A DNA stretch of 64,000 nucleotides from Tabrizicola sp. (GCF_041919135.1 NZ_JAYRUJ010000011.1:8786-72785); one strand, 5' to 3'; shown: positions 19,262 through 30,618, counted from the first letter of the stretch. Notes: generated by a model not told the origin, from the letters alone. Program-made: numbers and translations.

Positions 19262-20800
19262 ATGCAACTGCCCGCGCTGACCTTTTCCGACGACCAGGCC
19301 GAAGCCTACGACCGCCTGGCCGCCGCCCTTCTGGGGGCGGGGATCGACCTGGCCGAGGGCACGCTTGCGCCTGCGGCCGAGGGGCGGACATCCGTTCTGG
19401 CGGTGGTGGGCAAGGCCGGATCCGGCAAGACCATGCTGCTGGCCGAGCTTTACAAGGGCTTGAAGGCGGCCGGGGTCGAGGTGATCTCGGGCGATTACGA
19501 GGGCAAGAAGCGCAAGGACCGCCGGACGCTGGCGATCCTTGCCCCGACGAACAAGGCGGCCAGCGTGTTGCGGCTGCGCGGGGTTCCCGCGACGACGATC
19601 CACCGGATTCTCTATACCCCGGTCTATGACCCGGAATACGAGAAGATTGCCGAATGGCTGGCCGGGACCGGGACGCGGCCGGTGGCAGGCAACCTGGCAA
19701 TCGCCGGGCTGACCGACCTGGCTCTGGACCGGGCGCATGCCTTCTACCAGCAGGTAGCGTCGATCCCCGGCGCGCTGGCGGCGGCGGGGCTGAAGGGCAG
19801 CGATTTCATCAAGGGCTGGAAGCGGCGCGAGGAGCCGCTGGACGTGGGCTTCGTCGACGAAAGCTCGATGCTGGACGAACGCCAGTTCGAGGATCTGCGC
19901 GAGATTTTCCCGACGCTGGTGCTGTTCGGCGATCCGGCGCAGCTGGCCCCGGTCGGGCAGTCGGGCGAGATGGTGTTCGACCGGCTGCCCGAAGGCCGCA
20001 AGCTGATCCTGCACCGCATCCACCGCCAGACGCAGGACAACCCGATCCTCGACCTCGCCCATGCCCTGGCCGACGAGGGGCTGGGGTTCGACGATTTCCA
20101 GGCGATGGTGCGGGAAAAGGCCCAAGGGGACGACCGGGTGGTCTGGGCGGAGCGGGTGGAAGCGGGGCTGATGGCGCGCTCTCCGGTCCTTGTCTGGCGC
20201 AACGCGACGCGGGTGCGGCTGATCCAGGCCTTCCGCGGCGCCTATGGCGCGCCCGAGGACCGGCTGCTGCCGGGCGAACCCCTGATCTGCGACGGGATCG
20301 AACTGCCACTGAAGCACCGCAACAAGCGCAACGACCTGGAGGCGCGGGGCCTGATCAAGGGCGCGCAGGTGATCTATCTGGGCGAGGGCACCCGCGACGG
20401 ATTCGCGCGGCTGCATGTAGTCGGGGCGCTGGAGCCGCAGGTTTCGGCGGCCAGCATCATCAAGATCGAGAAGCCGGACGAGGAGGAACCCTTCATCCCG
20501 CATGCGGCGCGGATGGGGGCGGCCTTCCTGCACGGGGCGGCGGTGACGATCCACAAGGCGCAGGGCAGCCAGTGGGAGGAGGTGCAGGTCTTTGCCCCCG
20601 ACCTTTCCGCCGCCGCCTGGTCGGGCCGGTCCGAGGCCGGGGTGCCGCTCTGGAAGCGGCTGGCCTATGTCGCGATCACCCGGGCGCAGCACCGGCTTTA
20701 CTGGGTGGTCCGCAATCGCCTCGCCCGGCCGCAGGCGCCGCTGTCGATCGAGGACCTGAAGCGCCCGCCCGCCCCCCTGGCGCTGGACGCGGGGGAGTAG
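19262..20800 (+). CDS. RecD-like ATP-dependent SF1 helicase
   Basis: GKAGSGKT Walker A, APTNKAA, VDESSM, LFGDPAQLAPV, TIHKAQGSQW, YVAITRA. Confidence 0.92.
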   Translation: MQLPALTFSDDQAEAYDRLAAALLGAGIDLAEGTLAPAAEGRTSVLAVVGKAGSGKTMLLAELYKGLKAAGVEVISGDYEGKKRKDRRTLAILAPTNKAASVLRLRGVPATTIHRILYTPVYDPEYEKIAEWLAGTGTRPVAGNLAIAGLTDLALDRAHAFYQQVASIPGALAAAGLKGSDFIKGWKRREEPLDVGFVDESSMLDERQFEDLREIFPTLVLFGDPAQLAPVGQSGEMVFDRLPEGRKLILHRIHRQTQDNPILDLAHALADEGLGFDDFQAMVREKAQGDDRVVWAERVEAGLMARSPVLVWRNATRVRLIQAFRGAYGAPEDRLLPGEPLICDGIELPLKHRNKRNDLEARGLIKGAQVIYLGEGTRDGFARLHVVGALEPQVSAASIIKIEKPDEEEPFIPHAARMGAAFLHGAAVTIHKAQGSQWEEVQVFAPDLSAAAWSGRSEAGVPLWKRLAYVAITRAQHRLYWVVRNRLARPQAPLSIEDLKRPPAPLALDAGE

Positions 20801-20828
20801 CCAAAATTTTTCGTCGAAAAATTTTGGC
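20800..20828. terminator. AT-rich hairpin right after the helicase stop
   Basis: GCCAAAATTTTTCG-t-CGAAAAATTTTGGC perfect inverted repeat. Confidence 0.55.
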
Positions 20829-20888
20829 GCCCGCTGTTCAGCTTGCGCGGCAACTGGCCTATCCTTTGCGCAAAGAAGGAGCTTCCAC

Positions 20889-21125
20889 ATGGCTTTGGTT
20901 TTCGTCCAGTTCCGCTGCACCCCCGGCCAGACCTATGAGGTCGCCGATGCGATCTGGGACCGTGAGGTGGTGAGCGAACTCTACTCGACCAGCGGCGATT
21001 ACGACCTGATCGCCAAGGTCTATATCCCCGAGGATCAGGACGTGGGCCATTACCTGTCGTCCCGGCTGTTCGACATCCCGGGCATCCAGCGGACGCTGAC
21101 GACGATGACCTTCAAGGCATTCTGA
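20889..21125 (+). CDS. Lrp/AsnC ligand-binding-domain-only protein
   Basis: ELYSTSGDYDLIAKV...IPGIQRTLT; AAGGAG RBS; 78 aa. Confidence 0.88.
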   Translation: MALVFVQFRCTPGQTYEVADAIWDREVVSELYSTSGDYDLIAKVYIPEDQDVGHYLSSRLFDIPGIQRTLTTMTFKAF

Positions 21126-21175
21126 CTGCGGTGGGCCCCGGGGGGTTCACGCCCCCCGGCCCATTGGCTTCTTGA

Positions 21176-22237
21176 TCAGAGCCAGCCGGTGCGGCCGGTC
21201 CCCACGGCGTCGGCGACGCTGGCAAAGCCGTCGCGGGCCAGGAGTGCGTCAAGGCCGGTCGCGATCCGCGGGACAAGCGAGATCCCCTCATAGACCATGG
21301 CGGTGTAAAGCTGCACCGCCGAGGCCCCGGCGCGGATCTTCTGATAGGCCTGCTCGGCCGTGGCCACGCCGCCGACCCCGATCAGGGGCAGCCTGCCCTC
21401 GGTCAGTTGCGACAATTGCGCCAGCACGCGGGTGGACTTTTCGAACAATGGCGCGCCGGAAAGCCCGCCCTGCTGCTCTCGATTTGCAGATTTCAAACCT
21501 TCGCGCGAGAGTGTGGTGTTGGTGGCGATGATGCCCGAAAGCCCCGCCTGTAGTGCGACCCCGGCGATCTGCGCCAGTTCGCCCTGGGTAAGGTCGGGGG
21601 CGATCTTCAGGAAGACGGGGATCGGGCGCGGCAGGGTGGCGCGGGCCTCCATCACTCCGGCCAGCAGCGCCGCAAGGGCGGCGGGGCCCTGCAGGTCGCG
21701 CAGTTTCTCGGTATTGGGCGAGCTGACGTTGACCGTCGCGAAATCGACATGCGGGCCGCAAAGCGCCAGCACGCGGGCGAAATCGGCGGCGCGGTTCTCG
21801 CTGGTCTTGTTCGCGCCAAGGTTCAGCCCGACCGGGACCGGGCCGGGGGTGCGGCGGGCAAGCCGGGCCGCGATCGCCTCGGCGCCCTGGTTGTTGAAGC
21901 CGAAGCGGTTGATCGCGGCGCGATCCTCGGTCAGCCGGAACAGGCGCGGCCGCGGATTGCCGGGCTGCGGCAGGGGGGTGGCGGCGCCGACCTCGATGAA
22001 ACCGAAGCCCGCGCGCGCGAGGGGGGCGATGGCCTCGGCGTTCTTGTCATAGCCCGCCGCAAGGCCCACCGGGTTCGGCAGCGCCAGACCCGCAAGCGTG
22101 GTCGCCAGCCGGGACGAGGTCACCGGGCCGGGCAGCGGAGCCAGGCCCGAGCGCAGGGCGCGCAGCGACAGGCCATGCGCGCGCTCGGGGTCGAGCCGGT
22201 GCAGAAGTGCCAGGCCCGTGCGTTCCAGGAGGCTCAC
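21176..22237 (-). CDS. pyrD: Quinone-dependent dihydroorotate dehydrogenase
   Basis: [38 protein letters not shown]; GTG start overlapping the DUF952 stop. Confidence 0.97.
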   Translation of the reverse strand: MSLLERTGLALLHRLDPERAHGLSLRALRSGLAPLPGPVTSSRLATTLAGLALPNPVGLAAGYDKNAEAIAPLARAGFGFIEVGAATPLPQPGNPRPRLFRLTEDRAAINRFGFNNQGAEAIAARLARRTPGPVPVGLNLGANKTSENRAADFARVLALCGPHVDFATVNVSSPNTEKLRDLQGPAALAALLAGVMEARATLPRPIPVFLKIAPDLTQGELAQIAGVALQAGLSGIIATNTTLSREGLKSANREQQGGLSGAPLFEKSTRVLAQLSQLTEGRLPLIGVGGVATAEQAYQKIRAGASAVQLYTAMVYEGISLVPRIATGLDALLARDGFASVADAVGTGRTGWL

Positions 22238-22572
22238 AACAGGCCCTCGGGGAAGATATGGCCAGAGGCGCCCAGCGGCAGGGACTTGTCCCAGACCACC
22301 TCCTCCAGTTTCAGCGGCCGGTAGAGATGCGGGAAAAGCTGTCCGCCGCGCGAAGGCTCCCATTTCAGTTCCGGACCGAGCCGGTCGGGGTCGAAGGCCA
22401 CCAGCACCAGGTCGCTTTCGCTGGCGAACCATTTGGCGGCGGTCTCGGCGACCTGGGCGGGGGTCGAGAAATGGATGAAGCCGTCGGCAAGGTCCACCGG
22501 CGCGCCCAGCGTCTCGCCGGCGGCGCGGAAGGCATCCCATTCGGAGCGGCGGAGGATCTTGAGGATGAGCAT
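22234..22572 (-). CDS. DUF952 family protein
   Basis: [31 protein letters not shown]. Confidence 0.92.
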   Translation of the reverse strand: MLILKILRRSEWDAFRAAGETLGAPVDLADGFIHFSTPAQVAETAAKWFASESDLVLVAFDPDRLGPELKWEPSRGGQLFPHLYRPLKLEEVVWDKSLPLGASGHIFPEGLL

Positions 22573-22701
22573 GGCTGCCGAAATAGCGAAGCTCGGGGAT
22601 GCTGGCAATGGAGCCCGTCGTCCGGCGCCGGTATGCGGCGGCTCACAGCCGGAAAATCGGACACGGCGCGCCCGGCGCGCCGTGTCCCTTGTTGCCGGGC
22701 G

Positions 22702-23568
22702 TCAGTTGTTCTTGCCCTTGCCTTTACCGTTACCGTTACCGTTACCGTTACCGTTGTTACCGTTGTTACCGTTACCGTTACCCTGGCCCGGGTTGCCATT
22801 GGCCTGACCCTGGCCGGGGTTGCTGGGATCGACGCCGCCCGGATCGTTGCCGTGGCCGTTGTCGCCCTGGCTTCCCGGATTGCCATTGCCTTGGCCCTGG
22901 TTCCCGTTCCCGTTGTTCCCGTTGTTACCGTTGTTGCCGTTGTTACCGTTTTCGTTACCCTGGCCCGGGGTGCCATTGCCATTGTCCTGACCTTGGCCGG
23001 GGTTGCTGGGGTCGTCGCCGCCCGGATCGTTGCCGTGGCCGTTGTCGCCCTGGCTTCCCGGATCGCCATTGCCTTGGCCCTGGTTCCCGTTGCCATTGCC
23101 GTTACCCTGACCCGGGTTGCCATTGCCATTGTCCTGACCCTGGCCGGGGTTGCTGGGGTCGTCGCCGCCCGGATCGTTGCCGTGGCCGTTGTTCCCATCG
23201 TCGGGGGACGGGTCCGGCGTCTGTTCCGGTTCCGGGTCCGGAGCCGGTTCCGGATCCGGGGTCGGACCAGGATCCGGGGTCGGTTCCGGGTCTGGGGTCG
23301 GACCAGGATCCGGGGTTGGTTCAGGCTCCGGTTGCGGGTCCGGTTCCTCGACGTCCGGTTCGGGCGTCGGCACCGGATCCGGCTTGGTCCCCGGCCCGAC
23401 CGGATGGCGGGATGGCGCGTTGTGGTCGCCCGAACTTTGGGCGCAATCCGACCTCATCCATCCTTCGTCATTGTTATCTTTCTTGTCGGAATAATGACAC
23501 TCATTCGGGCCTTTTGTTTCCGCACTGGCACTCAACGCAATCGTTACGAAAGTACACGCAAGCAGCAA
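22702..23568 (-). CDS. Secreted low-complexity Pro/Asp- and Gly/Asn-repeat protein (start TTG 23568 or ATA 23577)
   Basis: Signal peptide ending ..ALSASA, two-Cys short domain, (E/G)PTPDP repeats, three NGHGNDPGG(D/V)DPSNPGQGQ units; synonymous variation between repeat units favours this frame. Confidence 0.85.
   Translation of the reverse strand: MLLACTFVTIALSASAETKGPNECHYSDKKDNNDEGWMRSDCAQSSGDHNAPSRHPVGPGTKPDPVPTPEPDVEEPDPQPEPEPTPDPGPTPDPEPTPDPGPTPDPEPAPDPEPEQTPDPSPDDGNNGHGNDPGGDDPSNPGQGQDNGNGNPGQGNGNGNGNQGQGNGDPGSQGDNGHGNDPGGDDPSNPGQGQDNGNGTPGQGNENGNNGNNGNNGNNGNGNQGQGNGNPGSQGDNGHGNDPGGVDPSNPGQGQANGNPGQGNGNGNNGNNGNGNGNGNGKGKGKNN
22710..23193 (-). repeat. Three long coding repeats with (GN)/(GNN) microsatellite spacers
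   Basis: gccggggttgctggg.tcg.cgccgcccggatcgttgccgtggccgttgt at 22813, 22996 and 23143 (periods 183 and 147 bp). Confidence 0.9.
23233..23322 (-). repeat. Five tandem 18-bp coding repeats, (E/G)P(T/A)PDP
   Basis: [30 protein letters not shown]. Confidence 0.85.
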
Positions 23569-23646
23569 TTGTTTTATTGCTATTCCTTTCGTCGTTCAAG
23601 CCATACTTTTGCGCGCGTGACACGGCCGTTCGGTGACTGGATCGGG

Positions 23647-23662
23647 GTTAACGAAAGGTTAA
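23647..23662 (-). promoter_or_regulatory. Perfect CtrA box upstream of the repeat-protein gene
   Basis: Minus strand TTAA-cctttcg-TTAAC, exact match to TTAA-N7-TTAAC. Confidence 0.7.
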
Positions 23663-23812
23663 TTTGCGGCGGCAATATGCCGCACTTACCAGGGGTTGTG
23701 TCGCCGCGCCCCCAGCACGCGAGTCGGGCTGGCCACGCACAACGCGGCTTTGACAGCGGCGCGGAATCTGGCGCAGTCTCGACCTCGGGGACCGATCAAA
23801 AGGAGACTCGCG

Positions 23813-25309
23813 ATGCATGGGATTTCGAGATTGGCGGTTGTCGTGGCACTGATGGCCTCGGCGGCGCAGGCCGAGACGGTGAAGCTGACGCTCTTGGGCG
23901 TGGGGGACGTCTACAATTTCGAGGAGGAGGACGGCCGCGGCGGTTTCGCCCGGCTGAACGCGGTGGCCAGGGCCGAGCGCGCGGCGAATCCGAACACGCT
24001 CTACCTGTTCAACGGCGACATGCTCTCGCCCTCGCTGGCCTCGGGGTTCGACCAGGGCCAGAACACCATCGACTTCACCAACCTGGTGCCCTTCGACCTG
24101 GCGGTGCCGGGCAACCACGAGTTCGATTTCGGCCCGGAGAACTTCTTCCAGAAGATGAAGGCCTCGAAATACCCCTGGGCGGCGATCAACATCACCAATG
24201 ACGACGGGTCGGTCATCGAGGGGCTGGGCGGCGTCATGGTGAAGGAGGTCGGCGGCCTGAAGGTGGCGCTGATCCCGGTGGCGCAGGATACCTCGCCCGA
24301 GGTCAGCTCGACCGGCAGCCTGAAGTTCCTGCCGACGGTCGAGACCGGCGTCGCGGCGGCCGAGAAGGCGCGCGAGGAGGGGGCGGATATCGTCGTCGGC
24401 GTGGTGCAGACCAACATGGAGAACGACCGCGCGCTGATGGCGAGCGGGGCCTTCGACGTGATCCTGTCGGGCGACGACCATTCCTATGCCACGGCCTATG
24501 ACGGGCGGACGGCCTATGTCGAGACCAGTATCGACGGGCAGTTCCTGACGCCCATCGACCTGGCGGTCGAGGTCGAGGAGAAGGACGGCAAGCGCGAGAT
24601 CAGCTGGACCCCGGCCTTCCGCTTCATCGACACGGCGACGGTGGAGCCCGACCCGGAATCGGTCGCGATGGCCGACAAGCTGCGGGCGACGATGGACCAG
24701 AACCTGAATGTCGAGATCGGCACGGTCGAGGCGCCGCTGGACAGCCGCCGTAACGTGGTGCGGGCCGAGGAAGCGACGATGGGCAACCTGATCGCCGATG
24801 CGATGCGGGACGCGACGGGGGCGGATATCGCGATCATGAACGGTGGCGGCATCCGGGGCGACACGACCTATGAGGCGGGGCGCAAGCTGACGCGGCGCGA
24901 CATCCTGACCGAACTGCCCTTCGGCAACGTCACCGTGGTGACGGAACTGCCGGGCAGCCAGGTGCTGCTGGCGCTGGAAAACGGGGTGAGCCAGGTCGAG
25001 AACGGCGCGGGTCGCTTCGCCCAGGTCTCGGGCCTGACCTATGCCTTCGACGCCTCGGCCCCGGCGGGGTCGCGGGTCAGCGAGGTCATGGTGGGGGGCG
25101 CGCCGCTGGAGGCCGACAAGCTCTACAAGGTCGCGGTCAACGATTACATCCTGGGCGGCGGCGACGGCTATGCCGCGCTGGGCGGCGGACGGATCCTGAC
25201 GGACGGGCCGACCGGGCAGCTCGTGGCCAATGACGTGATGGCCTATGTCGAGAAGCTGGGCACGGTGAATGTCGCGGTCGAGGGGCGGATCAGGAAGCTG
25301 GGGCAGTAA
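23813..25309 (+). CDS. Periplasmic 5'-nucleotidase/UDP-sugar hydrolase family protein
   Basis: Signal peptide, NGD, GNHEFD, C-terminal NGGGIRG, LPFGN, GGDGY; AAGGAG RBS. Confidence 0.93.
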   Translation: MHGISRLAVVVALMASAAQAETVKLTLLGVGDVYNFEEEDGRGGFARLNAVARAERAANPNTLYLFNGDMLSPSLASGFDQGQNTIDFTNLVPFDLAVPGNHEFDFGPENFFQKMKASKYPWAAINITNDDGSVIEGLGGVMVKEVGGLKVALIPVAQDTSPEVSSTGSLKFLPTVETGVAAAEKAREEGADIVVGVVQTNMENDRALMASGAFDVILSGDDHSYATAYDGRTAYVETSIDGQFLTPIDLAVEVEEKDGKREISWTPAFRFIDTATVEPDPESVAMADKLRATMDQNLNVEIGTVEAPLDSRRNVVRAEEATMGNLIADAMRDATGADIAIMNGGGIRGDTTYEAGRKLTRRDILTELPFGNVTVVTELPGSQVLLALENGVSQVENGAGRFAQVSGLTYAFDASAPAGSRVSEVMVGGAPLEADKLYKVAVNDYILGGGDGYAALGGGRILTDGPTGQLVANDVMAYVEKLGTVNVAVEGRIRKLGQ

Positions 25310-25320
25310 CCGGGTCTCTG

Positions 25321-25386
25321 CTCGTCGATGACTTCGTCACTCCTCGCGCGGGGTCTGCCGAGGAGGAGACGAAGTCGAACGACGAG
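25321..25386. repeat. REP-like palindromic element, copy B
   Basis: CTCGTCG..GACTTCGTC.CTCCTCG...CGAGGAG..GACGAAGTC...CGACGAG imperfect hairpin, inverted homolog of 16071-16124. Confidence 0.75.
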
Positions 25387-25493
25387 GGATCCGGGCCGCG
25401 AGGGGGGCAGGGGCCGATCCTGCCGCCGGCGGGCGCAGATTCCGCGGGCCAAGGCTTGAGGTCGGGGCGGGGCGATGCTATCTGAAAGGCAGC

Positions 25494-25567
25494 GCGGGTG
25501 TTGTGTAATGGTAAGACCCTAGCCTTCCAAGCTAGAGACACGGGTTCGATTCCCGTCACCCGCTCCA
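25494..25567 (+). tRNA. tRNA-Gly (anticodon TCC)
   Basis: Acceptor GCGGGTG/CACCCGC, anticodon arm CTAGC-ctTCCaa-GCTAG, T-loop GGTTCGATTCC, encoded CCA. Confidence 0.96.
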
Positions 25568-25767
25568 GCCTTCCTGTCCGGATCCGACTTGCCTGTCCAC
25601 AGTGGACAGCGCCTCGCTTCCCTTTGCAATCAAGGGGTTGGCCGCGGGCGTTAAGGATTCGTCAGGGACTTCCACCGCCCTGATATCCGGCCTGCCATCC
25701 GGCCGATGGCCTCTTCACGCGTCGCGGGCTGGCCGACGGGGAGGCCAGCCGACCGGGGATGGGTCGA

Positions 25768-26556
25768 TCACAGGTTGTCGGCCTGCGGCATCCCGAGGAT
25801 GTGGAAGCCGCCGTCGACATGGACGATCTCGCCCGTCGTGCAGGCGCCATAGTCCGAGCAGAGCCAGACCGCCGTGCCGCCGATCGCCTCCAGCGTCGCA
25901 TTGGCGCGCAGCGGGGCATTGTCCTCGGTATGGCGGAAGGTGGCCCGCGCGCCGCCGATGGCCGATCCGGCCAGCGTCTTCATCGGGCCGGGCGAGATCG
26001 CGTTCACCCGGATCTTCTGCGGCCCGAGGTCGTTCGCCAGATAGCGCGTCGCCGATTCCAGCGCCGCCTTGGCCACGCCCATCACGTTGTAGTTCGGCAC
26101 CACCTTGTTCGACCCCTGGAAGGTCAGGGTGATCAGCGTGCCGCCCTGGGGCATCAGCGCCTCGGCCCGGCGGGCGACGTCGATGAAGCTGAAGCAGGAG
26201 ATGTTCAGCGAGTTCAGGAAGTTGCCCTTGGTCGTATTGATGAAGCGCCCGGTCAGCTCGTTCTTGTCGGAAAAGGCGATGGCGTGGATGATGAAGTCCA
26301 GCGTGCCCCAGCGGCGGCCGATCTCGGCGAAGCAGGCGTCGAGGCTGTCCTCGTCGGTCACGTCCACGTCGATCAGCAGGTCCGAGCCGACGCTGGCCGC
26401 CAGCGGTTGCACCCGCTTGCCGAAAGCCTCGCCCTGGTAGCTGAACGCAAGCTCCGCCCCCTCGGCCGCCAGGGCGGATGCGATGCCCCAGGCGATGGAA
26501 CGCTCGTTCGCCACGCCCATGACAAGCCCGCGCTTGCCCTTCATCAGTTCGGCCAT
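25768..26556 (-). CDS. fabI: Enoyl-ACP reductase
   Basis: GVANERSIAWGIA, YNVMGVAKAALE, VNAISPGPMKTLA. Confidence 0.96.
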   Translation of the reverse strand: MAELMKGKRGLVMGVANERSIAWGIASALAAEGAELAFSYQGEAFGKRVQPLAASVGSDLLIDVDVTDEDSLDACFAEIGRRWGTLDFIIHAIAFSDKNELTGRFINTTKGNFLNSLNISCFSFIDVARRAEALMPQGGTLITLTFQGSNKVVPNYNVMGVAKAALESATRYLANDLGPQKIRVNAISPGPMKTLAGSAIGGARATFRHTEDNAPLRANATLEAIGGTAVWLCSDYGACTTGEIVHVDGGFHILGMPQADNL

Positions 26557-26562
26557 GATGCG

Positions 26563-27792
26563 TTACCCGAGATACTTGGACATGACGAGGGTGGCGTTGG
26601 TGCCGCCGAAGCCGAAGCTGTTCGACAGGACCGAGTCGATCTCGACGCCCTCGCGCAGGCTGGTCACGATCTCGCCGGGGTCCAGCGCGGGGTCGGGGGT
26701 GATGACATTGGCCGAGGCGGCGATGAAGCTGCCGTTCATCATCAGCAGCGAATAGATCGCCTCCCACACGCCCGCGCCTCCCAGGCAATGGCCGGTGAGC
26801 GACTTGGTGGAGGCGATCGGCGGCGTGGCGCCGCGGCCGAAGACGCGGCGGATGGCCTCGACCTCGACGATGTCGCCGACCTGGGTCGAGGTGCCGTGGC
26901 TGTTGATGTAATCGACCTTGCGCCCCTGCGGCAGGGTCGAGAGCGCCAGCCGCATCGCGCGTTCGCCGCCCTCGCCCGAGGGGGCCACCATGTCATGCCC
27001 GTCCGAGGTCGCACCGTAGCCCGTCACCTCGGCATAGATCTTCGCGCCGCGCGCCAGGGCGTGCTCCAGTTCCTCGAGCACGACGATGCCGCCGCCGCCC
27101 GCGATCACGAAGCCGTCGCGGTTGGCGTCATAGGTGCGCGAGGCGGTTTCCGGGGCGTCGTTGTATTTCGACGACATCGCGCCCATCGCGTCGAACAGGC
27201 AGGAGAGCGTCCAGTCCAGCTCCTCGCCGCCGCCGGCGAAGACGATGTCCTGCTTGCCCATCTGGATCAGTTCGGTGCCGTTGCCGATGCAATGCGCGCT
27301 GGTCGAGCAGGCCGAGGTGATCGAGTAGTTCACGCCCTTGATCCTGAACGGCGTCGCCAGGCAGGCCGAGACGGTCGAGGACATGCCCTTGGTCACGCCG
27401 AAGGGGCCGATGCGCTTGGGGCTGCCGGTCTCGCGCACGATGTTGTGCGCCTTGAAGAAGGATTTGGTCGACGGCCCGCCGGAGCCGACGATGATGCCGG
27501 TGCGGTCGTTCGAGATGTCGGCCTCGGAAAGGCCGGAGTCCTTCACCGCCTGGTCCATCGCGATGAAGGTATAGGCGGCACCATCGCCCATGAAGCGCAG
27601 GTCGCGCTTGTCGATATGATCCTCCAGCACGATGTTCGGCTGGCCGTGGACGCGGCAGCGGAAGCCATGCTCGGCATAGTCGGGGGCGAAGACGATGCCG
27701 GATTTCCCGGCGCGAAGGCTGGCCTCGACCTCGGCGGCCGAATTGCCGATGGACGAGACGATCCCGATCCCGGTGATGACGACGCGGCGCAT
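26563..27792 (-). CDS. fabB: Beta-ketoacyl-ACP synthase I
   Basis: [18 protein letters not shown] (catalytic Cys), [17 protein letters not shown]. Confidence 0.97.
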   Translation of the reverse strand: MRRVVITGIGIVSSIGNSAAEVEASLRAGKSGIVFAPDYAEHGFRCRVHGQPNIVLEDHIDKRDLRFMGDGAAYTFIAMDQAVKDSGLSEADISNDRTGIIVGSGGPSTKSFFKAHNIVRETGSPKRIGPFGVTKGMSSTVSACLATPFRIKGVNYSITSACSTSAHCIGNGTELIQMGKQDIVFAGGGEELDWTLSCLFDAMGAMSSKYNDAPETASRTYDANRDGFVIAGGGGIVVLEELEHALARGAKIYAEVTGYGATSDGHDMVAPSGEGGERAMRLALSTLPQGRKVDYINSHGTSTQVGDIVEVEAIRRVFGRGATPPIASTKSLTGHCLGGAGVWEAIYSLLMMNGSFIAASANVITPDPALDPGEIVTSLREGVEIDSVLSNSFGFGGTNATLVMSKYLG

Positions 27793-27818
27793 GCGGCCTC
27801 CCTTCGTGACTTCAGGTC

Positions 27819-27847
27819 TGTTTAGGGCAGAGGGGGGGAGTGGGCAA
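27819..27847 (-). promoter_or_regulatory. Candidate sigma70 promoter for fabB-fabI
   Basis: TTGCCC-N17-TAAACA on the minus strand, about 27 bp before the fabB start. Confidence 0.5.
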
Positions 27848-28042
27848 GGAGGTTGGCACGCCGCGGGCCGCCGATTCCCCCGCCGGGGCAGAGTGCCGCT
27901 GCCGGATGCGTCCCGAAAGCCGCGCATCCCGCCGACCGCCTGCGGCCATGCGTCGCGATTCTTCGCCAGTTCGGCGCGGCGTGTCGTTTTTTTGCAAGGA
28001 AATGGGGAAAATACCTTTCAGTCTGCCGGGAAATTGCTCTAG

Positions 28043-29461
<1,419 letters not shown>

Positions 29462-29472
29462 CGCCCGTCGGG

Positions 29473-29497
29473 CGGGGCCCCGCGCGGGCCCCGTTTT
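29473..29497 (+). terminator. Rho-independent terminator of gdhA
   Basis: CGGGGCCC-cgcgc-GGGCCCCG followed by TTTT. Confidence 0.65.
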
Positions 29498-29551
29498 CGG
29501 TCTTGCGCGCCGGGCCTTGCGGGCCGATCCTGCGGGGCAGGAGGTGCGCTC

Positions 29552-29926
29552 ATGGACCCGGTGACCGGCGGATGCCAATGCGGCGCGGTGCGGCTGACGG
29601 CGGCGGGACCGCCGCTGCGGGTGGGCATCTGCCATTGCCTCGACTGCCGCAAGCACCACGGCACGCTGTTCCACGCCTCGGCGATCTTCCCGGCCCCGGC
29701 CGTCAGGGTGACGGGAGAGTTGCGCGACTACCAGGGCCGCTGCTTCTGCCCGGCCTGCGGCTCCTCGGTCCTGGGCCGCAGCGGCGACGAGGTCGAGGTC
29801 AACCTCGGCACCCTCGACGCCCCCGACCAGTTCCGACCGACCTATGAGCTATGGTGCATCCGGCGCGAGGGCTGGTTGCCCCCGTTCCCCGGCATGACGC
29901 TGCATCCCCGCGATGCGGGACCGTGA
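29552..29926 (+). CDS. GFA family (CENP-V-like) protein
   Basis: GGCQCGAVR, CHCLDCRK, FCPACGS; GGAGG RBS. Confidence 0.9.
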   Translation: MDPVTGGCQCGAVRLTAAGPPLRVGICHCLDCRKHHGTLFHASAIFPAPAVRVTGELRDYQGRCFCPACGSSVLGRSGDEVEVNLGTLDAPDQFRPTYELWCIRREGWLPPFPGMTLHPRDAGP

Positions 29927-29927
29927 C

Positions 29928-30437
29928 TCAGGCCTCGCTCAGCGCGACCTTCATGTCCTTGACGAGATAGATCGTCTCGCCATCCGCCTCGACGCGCCCG
30001 TCCGCCACGCCCATCGTCAGGCGGCGGGTCTGGATCGCCTTGGTGAAATCCACGAAATAGGTCAGCTTCTTGCGGTCCGGCCGCACCATGCCGGTCAGCT
30101 TGACCTCGCCCACGCCAAGCGCATAGCCGCGCCCCTGCCAGCCGCGCCAGCCGAGGTTGAAGCCGGTCAGCTGCCACAGGCCATCCAGCCCCAGGCAGCC
30201 CGGCATGATCGGGTTGCCGGGAAAGTGGCAGGCGAAGAACCAGAGGTCGGGCGTGATGTCGAATTCGGCCACGACATGGCCCTTGCCATGCTCGCCCCGG
30301 TCTTCGGAGATGTCGGTGATCCGGTCCATCATGAGCATCGGCGGCGCGGGCAATTGCGCGTTGCCGGGGCCGAAAAGCTCCCCCCGCGAGCAGGCGAGCA
30401 GCGCCTCCTTGTCGAAAAAGGTCGGATAGGACGCCAT
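29928..30437 (-). CDS. fabA: 3-hydroxyacyl-ACP dehydratase/isomerase
   Basis: [37 protein letters not shown]. Confidence 0.97.
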   Translation of the reverse strand: MASYPTFFDKEALLACSRGELFGPGNAQLPAPPMLMMDRITDISEDRGEHGKGHVVAEFDITPDLWFFACHFPGNPIMPGCLGLDGLWQLTGFNLGWRGWQGRGYALGVGEVKLTGMVRPDRKKLTYFVDFTKAIQTRRLTMGVADGRVEADGETIYLVKDMKVALSEA

Positions 30438-30618
30438 CGCTCGTGATCCCCTCGTTACATCTGGTCCTGATTAGCATCCGGGCGCGAAGAGTGGCAAGTC
30501 TGGCCCGCCCGGCGTCCAGCCCGCCCGGCCTTGGGGTGCGTCACCTTGCCGGGTGGGGGATTAGGGTTTGAAACCGGGCCGCAGAACCCCTTATATGGAG
30601 GGATGCACAGGAAAACCG

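Noticed and set aside
21176-22572. DUF952-pyrD translational coupling
   Set aside because: Widely conserved alphaproteobacterial pairing, nothing specific here
22710-23330. Repeat array as a possible CRISPR
   Set aside because: Repeats are in-frame coding units with low-complexity spacers; no unique spacers or cas genes
22207-23636. Alternative-frame repetitive ORFs (Thr/Ala-rich 22365-23198, Cys/Arg/Tyr-rich 22599-23636, Val/Thr-rich 22207-24201)
   Set aside because: By-products of the GN/PD repeat gene; the frame with a signal peptide, SD and synonymous variation is 22702-23568
25494-25760. Intact genomic island or prophage at tRNA-Gly
   Set aside because: No integrase or duplicated tRNA 3' end; core gene fabI follows within 200 bp
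30440-30618. Irr ICE box between fabA and irr
   Set aside because: No TTTAGAA-N3-TTCTAAA-like match found
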